Shown piece by piece: positions 10,416-20,367 of a stretch of DNA of 64,000 nt (positions within the stretch are counted from its first letter, which is position 1; every line of letters starts with the position of its first letter). The translations under genes and the position numbers were made by a program. Under the pieces are notes generated by a model. It saw only the letters and a list, made by a program, of their open reading frames with translations. It had not been told where the DNA came from and searched no databases. This DNA is from Candidatus Hydrothermarchaeum profundi (GTDB taxonomy: Archaea; Hydrothermarchaeota; Hydrothermarchaeia; Hydrothermarchaeales; Hydrothermarchaeaceae): assembly GCA_002011125.2 (NCBI GenBank), contig MTMF02000009.1:32001-96000 (forward strand), in the 5' to 3' direction.

Positions 10416-11480
10416 ATGGCCATAGAACTATCCTCTCTAAGGGTTGATCTAGGAATTTATCTCCTAAAAACACTTATAGCTATAGGGTTCTTAGTCGGAG
10501 GATTCATTACAGCTAAGATTATCGTTAGAATTTTAAGTAAGATAGAAGAACAGACCGTAGCGAGAACAAAGCTTGAGTTGGACGACCTAATTTTCTTCTC
10601 GCTTAAATGGGGAGCTCGTTATACTGTATATGGAGTAGCGGTTATATTCGCTGCTAGACAGTTCGGATACGACGCATTTCCTGTGGTGACAGCTATCTTA
10701 GTGGTACTTTTTTCTCACCCAATCACCAGGATAGCTCAAGCCTTCTTAAAGATAGCTGAAGAAAATTTTGTCAAAAAAACTGAGACAAAGACAGATGACG
10801 TCGTCTTTCCTCTTATAAGTAGGGTAGTAAAATATACCATATACGTTTTTGCAGTTATCATAGCGCTTGGACAACTTGGGATAGAAGTTGTCCCTTTTGT
10901 AGCTGGCTTGGGAATAGCTGGACTGGCAGTAGGGTTTGCAGCTAAGGATACTATCGCTAACATAATAGCGGGGATATTCATAATCGTGGATCAGCCCTTT
11001 AAGTTAGGGGACAGGATAGAGGTATGGAATGCTCCTAAAAACCAAGCAAGTTGGGGAGACGTGATCGACATTGGGCTTAGAAGTACTAAGATTAAGACAA
11101 CTGATAATATAGTTATAGTCATTCCAAATGCAGAGATTGCGAGGAGGGATGTTATAAACTACACTGCTATCTCACCTCAGATTAGGATAAGGATACCTAT
11201 CGGAATTTCATATGAATCTGACTTAAAAAAAGCAGAGAAAAGTCTGCTAAAGATAGCGGAGGAAGTTGAAGGGGTTTCCAAAAAACCTAAACCTCAAGTG
11301 GTGGTTAAGAATTTTGGGGAATATTCAGTCGATCTTGAGCTAAGAGTGTGGATTAATAATGCAAGAGAGAAGCGTAGAATCAAGTCAGAAATAGGGTCTA
11401 AAATTAGATATCGCTTCGCAGAGGAAGGTATTGAGATCCCCTACCCGAAGAGGCATATTTTCATTAAGGAAGAGAAGTGA
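10416..11480 (+). CDS. mscS: Small-conductance mechanosensitive channel
   Basis: AGLGIAGLAVGFAAKD..NIIAG..DQPF..GD.I; IGLRST; IPN; IEIPYP. Confidence 0.93.
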   Translation: MAIELSSLRVDLGIYLLKTLIAIGFLVGGFITAKIIVRILSKIEEQTVARTKLELDDLIFFSLKWGARYTVYGVAVIFAARQFGYDAFPVVTAILVVLFSHPITRIAQAFLKIAEENFVKKTETKTDDVVFPLISRVVKYTIYVFAVIIALGQLGIEVVPFVAGLGIAGLAVGFAAKDTIANIIAGIFIIVDQPFKLGDRIEVWNAPKNQASWGDVIDIGLRSTKIKTTDNIVIVIPNAEIARRDVINYTAISPQIRIRIPIGISYESDLKKAEKSLLKIAEEVEGVSKKPKPQVVVKNFGEYSVDLELRVWINNAREKRRIKSEIGSKIRYRFAEEGIEIPYPKRHIFIKEEK

Positions 11481-11481
11481 A

Positions 11482-12474
11482 CTAATGATTAAAACCTTCT
11501 AGCTCAACTGTGTCTATCCACTCATCCTTGCATTCACATTCGAGTTCCTCTAGATTTTCTAGGTTCTGGGTGACTGAGAAATCTATTATGCTCTTATATA
11601 CTCTAAAGTCGCATTTCCCACAGTTGTGGGGTCCTCTCTCTTTGCCTGCTGCAATAGGATGACTTAACACAGGTATATTTACTCTTCTTTTTACCTCATT
11701 TAAGATGTATACCACACTCCATAGCCAAGGAGCCCTGTATTCCCCTCTTCTCCAGAGTTCCTCTACTACTGTGGCCCTCTGGATATTTACTGGATTGTAT
11801 GAGATTCTATCTACTCCCAATTCATATACTTCTATACCGGATTTTATCGCGTCTTCTATGGAGTTTTTTTCGTTCATAAAAGGAGGTTTTACTAGTAGAT
11901 ACGTCTTTACTTTTACCCCGCATTTTTTACATTCTTCTAACGACGACTTAAAATCTTCGAGAGAAAAGCCTTTATTGATAAATCTTTCTCTAATAAAATC
12001 ACTAGTAGTTTCTAATCCAATTCCGATCTCTAATTCTGCTATTAAATTCTCTTTAATTTCCTTTAATACTCCCTCACTGACAAACTCTGGCCTTGATTCT
12101 ACTTGAACCCGCTTAATCTCATGCTCATTGAGTATAGCTATTATATTATCCCTGGTCTTATTTGTGATTTCCTGTTCGTCTAAGAAGCTTCCTGAAGTGA
12201 AAATTTTGAGGTATTCAACTTCAGATAAATCTCTCATAGCTCTTCTGAATTCTTCTACTATTGTATCCTGAGTTATTGACCGCGGAGAATCATATACGTA
12301 GCCGCACATAGTGCAACCTACACTCCTACCCCACCGGCATCCTATTGTAGGAAGAATTATAACCCCTGCCTTTACGGTAGTTTTTAGATAATCCCTTTCT
12401 TCCCAAAAAATAGCCTTTTTTCTTCCATAATATTTTTTAAGACCTTTTTTTCTTATTTCTTCCGCGATTTTCAT
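11482..12474 (-). CDS. Archaeosine biosynthesis radical SAM enzyme RaSEA (TIGR01210)
   Basis: GCRW....GCTMCGY (CX7CX2C), KIFTSGSFLD, ESRPEF, RGPHNCGKCD. Confidence 0.93.
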   Translation of the reverse strand: MKIAEEIRKKGLKKYYGRKKAIFWEERDYLKTTVKAGVIILPTIGCRWGRSVGCTMCGYVYDSPRSITQDTIVEEFRRAMRDLSEVEYLKIFTSGSFLDEQEITNKTRDNIIAILNEHEIKRVQVESRPEFVSEGVLKEIKENLIAELEIGIGLETTSDFIRERFINKGFSLEDFKSSLEECKKCGVKVKTYLLVKPPFMNEKNSIEDAIKSGIEVYELGVDRISYNPVNIQRATVVEELWRRGEYRAPWLWSVVYILNEVKRRVNIPVLSHPIAAGKERGPHNCGKCDFRVYKSIIDFSVTQNLENLEELECECKDEWIDTVELEGFNH

Positions 12475-13496
12475 GCTAATTCCTCTATTATTCTTTCTTT
12501 CAGCCTATCTAGTCCAACGCCATATTTAGCGGATATCTTTACGTAGTCGTTTAAAAGACCTTCTTTCTCTCCATCAGAGATATCTATCTTATTTAGTACA
12601 TGGATGACTGGAATACTATCGGCTCCTATTTTTATTAGAGTGTCCTCACAGACCTTTAATTTCCTCCTAAATTCTGATTCCGAATCTGATGCATCAAGCA
12701 CTAAAAGAATGAGATCAGCGGTTTTAATTTCTTTTAAAGTCGCTCTAAATGCATAAATTAGCTCGTGCGGGATATTTCTTATAAACCCTATAGTATCTGT
12801 AATGAAAATCTTACTATTAAGTGATGCGGTTTTGCTCTTTAGAGTGGTGAATAGTTCATCTTCGGCTTTTTTATCTACCCCAGTTAATCTATTTAAAAGA
12901 GTAGTTTTTCCGACATTTGTGTAGCCCACCAGAGACACAGTTTTACCCTTCTTTTTTCTCCTCTTCCCCTGGGATTCCAGTCTAGCATCGAATTTCTCTA
13001 ATTCGTCCTCTATCTTCTTTATCCTCCTATGTAGACTTCGAAGCGTACTGTGAACGATATACTCTCCGCTACTCCCAAATCCTGGATGGTCTTCTCTGAC
13101 CCTCCTGCCAACTGACATCTTAATGTAAGGTAGCTTTCTTTTCAACCTCGCTAGTTCGATTTGCAGTTTAGCTTCCTTTGAAGCGGCATGCTTCTCAAAA
13201 ATATTTAATATTAAATCGAATTTATCCATCACAGGTACTCCAAACTCCTCCTCGAGACTAAGAACCTGCCTAGAAGTTAGATAGTTTTCAAAAATAACTA
13301 GCTCAATATTGTTCTCATTAATGAAATTCTTTATTTCATCTACTTTTCCCCTACCGATTAGATACTTACCCCTCGGTCCGGCATTTTGGGTAAAGGTCTT
13401 TATAACCTCATATCCCCCTGTATTTGCAAGTCTCTTTATCTCAGCTTTCCTTTCTTCAAATTCGCCTTCTTTAAGCATTACAATAACTGCCTTCAT
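12471..13496 (-). CDS. hflX: Ribosome-splitting GTPase HflX
   Basis: EAKLQIELA, GYTNVGKTT, DTIGFI, NKID, ISA. Confidence 0.95.
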   Translation of the reverse strand: MKAVIVMLKEGEFEERKAEIKRLANTGGYEVIKTFTQNAGPRGKYLIGRGKVDEIKNFINENNIELVIFENYLTSRQVLSLEEEFGVPVMDKFDLILNIFEKHAASKEAKLQIELARLKRKLPYIKMSVGRRVREDHPGFGSSGEYIVHSTLRSLHRRIKKIEDELEKFDARLESQGKRRKKKGKTVSLVGYTNVGKTTLLNRLTGVDKKAEDELFTTLKSKTASLNSKIFITDTIGFIRNIPHELIYAFRATLKEIKTADLILLVLDASDSESEFRRKLKVCEDTLIKIGADSIPVIHVLNKIDISDGEKEGLLNDYVKISAKYGVGLDRLKERIIEELA

Positions 13497-13753
13497 GGCT
13501 TATCATCTTATAACTCAATTTTTATAACCACATTGTAGAGTGATAAAGTTTCAATTTTATCTCGAGAAACTCTAAATGGACAAATTTTCTTGAAAAATTC
13601 TTCAAGTGCTCTACATATCTTTTTTAGATGTAGCATTGATGATTTCAGCAGTACCCTTCTGATCTTTTCCCTTATTCCTAACCAGTACTTTAGCACATAT
13701 ACCCTCTCCCTATCCCAATAAGAAACTATACCTAAAGCTATATCGTATAATGT

Positions 13754-14077
13754 TCATCCGCTGTTACATTCTACTAGCCATCTTTCCCCCCAATGTTTCA
13801 TAACCTCCAGTATTTCTTCGAGATCTCTACCTTTGTCAGTCAAAGAGTATTCTACTCTTATTGGAGAATCTGAAAATACCTTCCTATCTACTATTTTACT
13901 TTTTCTAAGTTCGTTTAGGCTTTTTGACAGAGTCTTAGAAGAAATCCCGTTAATCGAATTCTTTAATTCATTAAACCTTTTAGGTCCTTTCATTAATTCG
14001 TATATTATTACTAAATGCCATTTTTTTCCAATTGTATTAATAGTCTCTATTACAGGGCATACCTCAGTATTGGCCAT
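13754..14077 (-). CDS. HxlR-family (DUF24) thiol-sensing transcriptional regulator
   Basis: N-terminal CP, IGKKW, RFNEL, PIRVEYSLT. Confidence 0.93.
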   Translation of the reverse strand: MANTEVCPVIETINTIGKKWHLVIIYELMKGPKRFNELKNSINGISSKTLSKSLNELRKSKIVDRKVFSDSPIRVEYSLTDKGRDLEEILEVMKHWGERWLVECNSG

Positions 14078-14178
14078 ATAGATTCCTCCAATGTTATTTG
14101 ATTACTTATTGGTTACTTAAGATTTAAATAGTTTACTTTTTTCACTAAGTAGTAATAGTAAATCATTGGAGGTTAAAA

Positions 14179-14874
14179 ATGGAAAACAAAGTAGCTGAAA
14201 ATGTATATTGGGTTGGGGTGTACTTCAAAGAGAAAGGCTCAGGGGTAAACGCATTTCTCATAAAAGACGATAAGACAGCTCTAATAGATACAGGCCCTCC
14301 TATAACCCAGGAGCTTGTAATAAATAATATAAAAAATATAATTGACCTAGAAAACCTAGATTACATTGTATTGACCCATGCTGAGGTCGACCACTGTGGG
14401 GCTCTAGGTAAAATACTGCAGGACGCAAAGAATAGCAAAGTATGTACCTCCGAAATAGGGGCAATGCTTGTTCCTATTTATGGATTCCAAGCAGAGATGA
14501 ATATAGTGAAGCCAGGAGACGTCTTAAATCTTGGGGAGAAAACATTGAGGTTTATTTCTACTCCTCTAGTCGATACATGGGATACCTTATTTGTGTTTGA
14601 AGAAATGAACAGGATTCTCTTCACTGCCGACGCTTTTGGAACTTTCGGACAGCCAAATAAAGATTGGAAGCTTTTTGCTCAGGAGGATATAACCGATGCT
14701 CTAAAAGTCTATAATGCAATAAAATTCCCGTGGATAAAAGTGGCCTCAAAGGATAAAATCAAAAAAGCTATTGAAGATATTAAGGCGCTAAAGCCCAACA
14801 TTATTGCGCCGGGTCATGGGCCTTTAATCCGCGAGAACATAGACAAATGCTGCGACATCCTAGCAGAGGTCTAA
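14179..14874 (+). CDS. Metallo-beta-lactamase-fold protein (flavodiiron N-terminal-domain-like)
   Basis: THAEVDHCG, LFTADAFG, APGHG; divergent from the HxlR gene. Confidence 0.85.
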   Translation: MENKVAENVYWVGVYFKEKGSGVNAFLIKDDKTALIDTGPPITQELVINNIKNIIDLENLDYIVLTHAEVDHCGALGKILQDAKNSKVCTSEIGAMLVPIYGFQAEMNIVKPGDVLNLGEKTLRFISTPLVDTWDTLFVFEEMNRILFTADAFGTFGQPNKDWKLFAQEDITDALKVYNAIKFPWIKVASKDKIKKAIEDIKALKPNIIAPGHGPLIRENIDKCCDILAEV

Positions 14875-14929
14875 AAAATAGACAAATCTCTGCTCACATG
14901 GGACAATATAAATAGGATAAACCACGTCA

Positions 14930-15842
14930 ATGTGTAAGAAGACGGGTATATCAATGGATAATGCTATAGTTCTAATCGAGTACACCGACCCATACTGTAC
15001 CTGGTGCTGGGGATCTGAGCCGATTCTTAAAAGAATTCAGGAAGTATATGGTGACCAAGTATCGATTAATTATAAAATGGGGGGACTAGTGGAAGATATT
15101 AGGGATTTCTATGATCCTCTTAACAATATTGGCGGCGAAACATGGTATATACAAGTTGCAGACCATTGGCTTGAGGCATCTAGACGCCATGGAATGCCTG
15201 TGGATGTGAGCATATGGTATGATATAAAAGACGATTTTAGATCGACATATCCGGCGAGTATAGCGTATAAAGCAGCGGAATTTCAGGACCTCTTTCTTTC
15301 AAAAATATTTCTAAGGAGAATGCGTGAGGCCGCAGCTGCCGAACGTCTCCCCATACACCGTTTTGAAATACAACTCAGGCTAGCAGGCGAGGTGGGATTA
15401 AATCTTGAAAGGCTAGCTCAGGATATTAAAAGTGGGGAGGCTGAAAGAGCTTTCCTAGAAGACCTAAGTGAAGCTAGGAATAAAGGTATTACAGGCTTCC
15501 CCACCTTCCTATTACGCAATGAGAATGGAGAAGAAGTAATACTTCATGGATATCAGAAATTTAAGACGTTCGAAAAAATGATCGAGGAACTTTCACCATC
15601 CCTTGATAAAAATCGGATAGTAGTAAACGAAAAAACTATTATCGATTTTGTTAAAAAAATATGGAAAAGTAGCTACTATGGAAGTCGCAGAAGTATTTGG
15701 TATCACACTAAGCGATGCAAGAGAGTTATTAGATATATTAAAAAGAAAGAAACTCTTAATAGAATTGCCAGCGGGAAATGACTTCTTTTACATATTAAGA
15801 AGCGTATTGAACTGCGGCGAAGAGATATGTAGAAGTATATAA
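14930..15842 (+). pseudogene. DsbA/FrnE-like thioredoxin-fold protein with C-terminal HTH-like region, frameshifted at an A7 run
   Basis: YTDPYCTWCWG and GITGFPT; removing one A from 15653-15659 joins the ORF to FVKKYGKVATMEVAEVF. Confidence 0.75.
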
Positions 15843-15844
15843 TC

Positions 15845-16771
15845 CTATACTACTCTATGCCTTAGTTTTACTGCCAACCCCCTCTTTGCCCTCTCCATCT
15901 CCTCCCCGCTTAGATACGCCCTTCCAACACCTACGACTTTCCCTTCATATATCACGACTACCTCATCATTTGGCCTTATTTCGTGGTCTGCTTTTTCAAC
16001 CCCGATTCCAAATATCGTGCTTGATTCTAGGCGGAAAGATATCTTTACATAGTATCTTCCATATTCTTTCAGCAACTCTCCTCCTCTTAGGGTTAAAGCA
16101 AAATACCCTGTAGAGGGATTTATTGTGGCTACCTGTTCTTCTTCAACAAAAACAGCGCTGCCTTTAACAATTATTTTACTAAAATATTTGCTTGCTCCTA
16201 GGCCAAACTGGAAATCCAATATTTTTTTAATTGCTTCTCTTTTTCTATCTATCCGTACTGGGGGATAGCTTTTAAGTTTTTCTGAAACTAATCTTTCGAG
16301 TTCCTTCAATGCGCGAGTAGAATACACATTCCCTCCGGTCGTAGGTATACCTATCTCCTCACAGATCTCTCTATAAGGTCCATCCACATGCGCAATGACT
16401 TCTGCATCAGTTTTTTCCATATAGCTGTAAATAAGCTCTTTAACTATATCCTTCTCCTCTCTCGTCCAATATCCGGTCACAGGGATATCATAATGAGCAG
16501 CAGGATAGAGTTTTTCTAGTTCTCGTGGAACTAGACCTAGTGGTGAAGTAATTGATACCTCATGCACCAGGTTCCTTTTATCCCCAGCGCCTTTTTTTAT
16601 GTGCTTGATAAATAGCATGTGAGATTTTGATCTACTGTATGGCTTTTTAGCCGAGCAGGGTAGAAGAATAGAAAGTTTTATTCCTTCTGGGGGGAGATAC
16701 CGTTCTTTTATCCGTCTATGCCATCTCACAATCTCAGGGCGTGTGAGAGACCTCTCAGTAACAAGCTTCAT
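15845..16771 (-). CDS. arcS: Archaeosine synthase alpha subunit, C-terminal part (DUF5591 + PUA)
   Basis: LLPCSAKKPYSRSKSH, TSPLGLVPRELE, AAHYDIPVTG.W, PUA domain. Confidence 0.92.
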   Translation of the reverse strand: MKLVTERSLTRPEIVRWHRRIKERYLPPEGIKLSILLPCSAKKPYSRSKSHMLFIKHIKKGAGDKRNLVHEVSITSPLGLVPRELEKLYPAAHYDIPVTGYWTREEKDIVKELIYSYMEKTDAEVIAHVDGPYREICEEIGIPTTGGNVYSTRALKELERLVSEKLKSYPPVRIDRKREAIKKILDFQFGLGASKYFSKIIVKGSAVFVEEEQVATINPSTGYFALTLRGGELLKEYGRYYVKISFRLESSTIFGIGVEKADHEIRPNDEVVVIYEGKVVGVGRAYLSGEEMERAKRGLAVKLRHRVV

Positions 16772-16805
16772 ATTCTTTAGGTTGTTAAATAAGCATATAA
16801 GTCAT

Positions 16806-16940
16806 ATGGCCTCTTATCAGTGCACTATCTGCGGCAAGATTACTGAGATAGAACTCCAAAAATGTTGCGCCCCCGATAAATTTCCCAGATATAGAAACCC
16901 CTTCTGCTGCGGCAAGGCAATGATAGAAATCATCGACTAA
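16806..16940 (+). CDS. Small Cys-rich zinc-finger protein (44 aa)
   Basis: YQCTICGK...KCC...PFCCGKAM; fills the gap between the two arcS halves. Confidence 0.6.
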   Translation: MASYQCTICGKITEIELQKCCAPDKFPRYRNPFCCGKAMIEIID

Positions 16941-16941
16941 G

Positions 16942-17820
16942 TTAAGAAATTGGAGTATACTTCTCTAAAAATCCCTGCTTTTCCATGTCCAGCGACCTGA
17001 GTATCACCATAGAGTTAACATCTGAGGCTGCCTTTTCTTCCACTAGTTCTCTCATAGTATTCTCCCTTATAGCCTCTCTAATCTCTTTTACTACTTGTAA
17101 GCAAACATTGTGATTATGTTGTAAGACTGAATGGAAATCTCCAATCAAGTCCGCTGGTTCACTGTTAATACAGACTGCACAGGAGCATGGAAGCTCCTTT
17201 AAATTTTTTAAGGCCATTGTTCCATAGGGGGTTAATATCTCATTCCTCCTAGCTCTGATTATACCTTCTAAATTGTCAAAAAGGTCAATTCCCATATATG
17301 ATAGTATGTAAAACATGTGGGGAGGTGCGCCTGGTAAATAAAGAGCGGTATTCGGAGAGACTGTTTCCCTGATAGAGGTAATTATTTCCACAGCAAGTCT
17401 AGGATGCTCGATTAATTCCCTTCCATTCGCTATTACTATTAGAGGGTGTTCTCGTAGAGCTTCAGCACATTTCACTCTTAAGTCTAGATATTTTGAACCC
17501 TGAACTGTTGCACCCATCTCCGGGAATTGTTTAGCTATCTCAATCGTTTTTTCAACTGATAATTCCGCTATTTCTCTAGGAACATTAAAGCCCACCTGCA
17601 GGTCTGGCAGAATACCTGCGCCTTTATTTTTATTTTCAAACTGCACTACTATAGGATGTGCATCTGTTTTAGTCGATTCCATAGCTAAGTATAGCTCATG
17701 TTCTACCCTTATCCTGGGAGTTACTATCGAAAAGAATCGAGGAGTCGGCACAGAATGGTCGTCCACCTCGAAGCAACCCATCCTAGCAGGGCCTGAGTGT
17801 TTTCTAATTTCAAGTATCAT
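16942..17820 (-). CDS. TGT-like N-terminal part of a split ArcS (archaeosine tRNA-ribosyltransferase-like)
   Basis: HSGPARMG, TP, GIDLFD, CSCAVC...HN Zn site; lacks the DSGG motif; adjacent to the arcS C-part. Confidence 0.8.
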   Translation of the reverse strand: MILEIRKHSGPARMGCFEVDDHSVPTPRFFSIVTPRIRVEHELYLAMESTKTDAHPIVVQFENKNKGAGILPDLQVGFNVPREIAELSVEKTIEIAKQFPEMGATVQGSKYLDLRVKCAEALREHPLIVIANGRELIEHPRLAVEIITSIRETVSPNTALYLPGAPPHMFYILSYMGIDLFDNLEGIIRARRNEILTPYGTMALKNLKELPCSCAVCINSEPADLIGDFHSVLQHNHNVCLQVVKEIREAIRENTMRELVEEKAASDVNSMVILRSLDMEKQGFLEKYTPIS

Positions 17821-17894
17821 TGAAAATCATTTTCCGTCTCATTTTAGATAAAATTTTATGCCTTTTGGTAGAGTAGTAAAATAGAGGTGTTTTT

Positions 17895-18467
17895 GTGAAG
17901 CGGGAAGTATATTACTTCGATGAACCTGGTTTTAAGAATACTCAAGAGGTTCTTAAACTCTCAAAAAAAAGAGCTGAAGAATTAGGGATAAAGAAGATAG
18001 TAGTGGCTTCAGTTACAGGAAAAACGGCTGTAGACGCTCTAAAGGTACTTAAAGATAAGGAGATAATCTCGGTTACTTACCATGCGGGGTTCAGCAGACC
18101 TAATGAAATTAAGCTGGACGTAGAAAATAAGAGGATACTAGATGAGAACGGCGTTCCAATAATTATAGCGACCCATGCCTTAAGTGGAATAGAAAGATCG
18201 ATATCAAAAACCTTAGGGGGATATGGTCCCGTAGAACTTGTAGCGAAAGTTCTTAAAAGTCTATTTGGCTCAGGCCTTAAGGTCTGTGTAGAAATTTCGG
18301 TTATGGCTGCAGATGCGGGATTAGTATCTGTCGATGAAGAGATAATCGCGATAGGAGGTTCAGGTGGGGTTGGAGCCGATACATCCTGCGTTATTAAACC
18401 TGCAAATATGAATAGATTCTTTGATCTTAAAGTGAGGGAGATAATTTGTATTCCTAGAGGACATTGA
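17895..18467 (+). CDS. Pyruvate-kinase C-terminal-like alpha/beta protein (COG1751)
   Basis: YFDEPG..NT, VVASVTG.TA, H AGF, G.KVCVEI..MAADAG. Confidence 0.9.
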   Translation: MKREVYYFDEPGFKNTQEVLKLSKKRAEELGIKKIVVASVTGKTAVDALKVLKDKEIISVTYHAGFSRPNEIKLDVENKRILDENGVPIIIATHALSGIERSISKTLGGYGPVELVAKVLKSLFGSGLKVCVEISVMAADAGLVSVDEEIIAIGGSGGVGADTSCVIKPANMNRFFDLKVREIICIPRGH

Positions 18468-18468
18468 A

Positions 18469-19356
18469 GTGTTAAAGAATACTAACTTTGTATTTTTAAC
18501 CGCGTTATCATTGGGACTGCTAGCGCCTAACTTAGCTAGCATCTTGGTAGATTATGTTCTAATCGTGCTCATAGTGATAATGACGCTGTCTACTACGCAG
18601 ATTGCCCTTGGTTATCCTGAGCTTAAAAAACAAAGTAAGAAAGTGTTTTGGGCGTTCGCAGTCCATTATCTCTTATTATCGGGAATAATTTTAATAGCGA
18701 GCTTTAAATTATTAAGCGACCCCTATCTCATAGCAGGATTCATAATAATGGCTGCTGTCCCACCCGCGATAGCAGTTATCCCCTTAACTAAGCTCTTGGA
18801 AGGAGATGTCTCCTTATCCTTAATCGCTAACACTGTAATATACCTCGGATCTCCTTTCATAGCTCCTGTTATAGTTTATGTGGCTGGAAGTGAGATTGGA
18901 ATAGATACAAGCAGACTCATTGAGGCTCTATTAGAGCTTATTGTACTTCCGTTGATCTTTTCAAGAATCCTGAAGAGAATGAGATTTTATAGTGAGGTGA
19001 GGGTGTATGAGATCCATATAATAAACCTCTGCTTCTTTATTCTCATATACTCCGTAGTGGGTGTTAATAGAGGTTTTTTCTTTAGGTCTGATATAGTCTA
19101 TATGGTCACACTAGTAGGTATTTTAAGGACTTTCCTAAGTGGGAGTCTAGTGTTTGTTATTTCAAAGTTTGCAGGAGTGGAGAAGAGTTCTGCTATAAGC
19201 TACACCTTACTTGGTTCCTTTAAAAATTTGGGGCTAACTGCGATAATGGCCTTAACATTGCTTGGAGAGAAAGCTAGTATACCAGCAGTAATATGTATAC
19301 CCTTGGAGCTATTATCTTTTACGTATTTCTCTTGGTTATTTAAAAAATATTTTTGA
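18469..19356 (+). CDS. Bile acid:sodium symporter-family transporter
   Basis: About 9 TM segments; AAVPPA; FKNLG. Confidence 0.8.
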   Translation: MLKNTNFVFLTALSLGLLAPNLASILVDYVLIVLIVIMTLSTTQIALGYPELKKQSKKVFWAFAVHYLLLSGIILIASFKLLSDPYLIAGFIIMAAVPPAIAVIPLTKLLEGDVSLSLIANTVIYLGSPFIAPVIVYVAGSEIGIDTSRLIEALLELIVLPLIFSRILKRMRFYSEVRVYEIHIINLCFFILIYSVVGVNRGFFFRSDIVYMVTLVGILRTFLSGSLVFVISKFAGVEKSSAISYTLLGSFKNLGLTAIMALTLLGEKASIPAVICIPLELLSFTYFSWLFKKYF

Positions 19357-19462
19357 ACTATAAATGATTTGTTACGCTATATCTAAAAAATTAATCACTA
19401 TGGGTGGCTGATTCTAGATTTTAATTGTTAAACTTACCCTCTTTTATGTAAACGGTGATAGA

Positions 19463-20227
19463 TTGATAGCGATAGTTACCGAAGTGCCCAGGTTCTACTA
19501 TACTGCGGCTGAAGAGTTGAAGGCAAGAGGATTGGATTTCCTGAGTTTAAATTTAAAGGACCCTATTCCTAATAATGTTAAAGTAGTTCTAACTACAGAA
19601 GAAGAGAGTCCGCATATTAATTTTAAGAATGTAGTAGCATGCGGAGAACTCCGCTACGCGGTAGATGAATGTATTAGAATCTTAAACGGCATAAGAACAC
19701 AGTATAATAAGCTTATTATTGGAATTGACCCTGGATTAAAGCCAGGCATAGCGGTTCTAGGAGATAACACGGTGGTACTTGTAGATAGGCTTAAATCTCC
19801 TGAAGAGGTCCTTAACGCTGCGAAAAGGATTCTAAAAACATATTCTGGGGGAGAGAAAATCTTTCGTGTTGGAAATGGAGGGGGGATTTATAAAATGAGA
19901 ATCCTAAAATCACTACAAGAGAATTTCCCATATAAAATTGAAGTGGTCAACGAGGAAGGAACGACCCCGGTAAACGGAACGATAGAGTCGAATCATAAAG
20001 ATATTATAGCAGCTATTAACATTGCAATAAAAACTGGCGATGTTTTGAAGAAAAAAGTTGGATTAAAACCTACCCTCGGAGAGATCAGGAACCTACAAAA
20101 GGAAAGCAGGGCTCTTAGCGGTACTATAACTATCTCTAAGAAACTCGCAGAACGGGTTGCAAAAGGGGAGATCTCGCTAGAAGACGCTATTGGCACTCAG
20201 CGCCGCAGGAATGCTAACAACGGCTGA
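19463..20227 (+). CDS. Conserved archaeal protein with an RNase H-fold (YqgF-like) domain
   Basis: IGIDPG..PGIAV, VGNG, VNEEGTT, D..AA..IA. Confidence 0.7.
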   Translation: MIAIVTEVPRFYYTAAEELKARGLDFLSLNLKDPIPNNVKVVLTTEEESPHINFKNVVACGELRYAVDECIRILNGIRTQYNKLIIGIDPGLKPGIAVLGDNTVVLVDRLKSPEEVLNAAKRILKTYSGGEKIFRVGNGGGIYKMRILKSLQENFPYKIEVVNEEGTTPVNGTIESNHKDIIAAINIAIKTGDVLKKKVGLKPTLGEIRNLQKESRALSGTITISKKLAERVAKGEISLEDAIGTQRRRNANNG

Positions 20228-20367
20228 GCCCCTAGAGTTTTTTAGGGAGATGGATACGGATACCGCATACAAAAATATGGGTTAATCAGAGTTTCTAAAT
20301 GAAGCCTGCGGAGTAAAGTTAATAGTATTGCATTTTACTTATATCTTGCAAGAAAAGTGTGGTCTCG

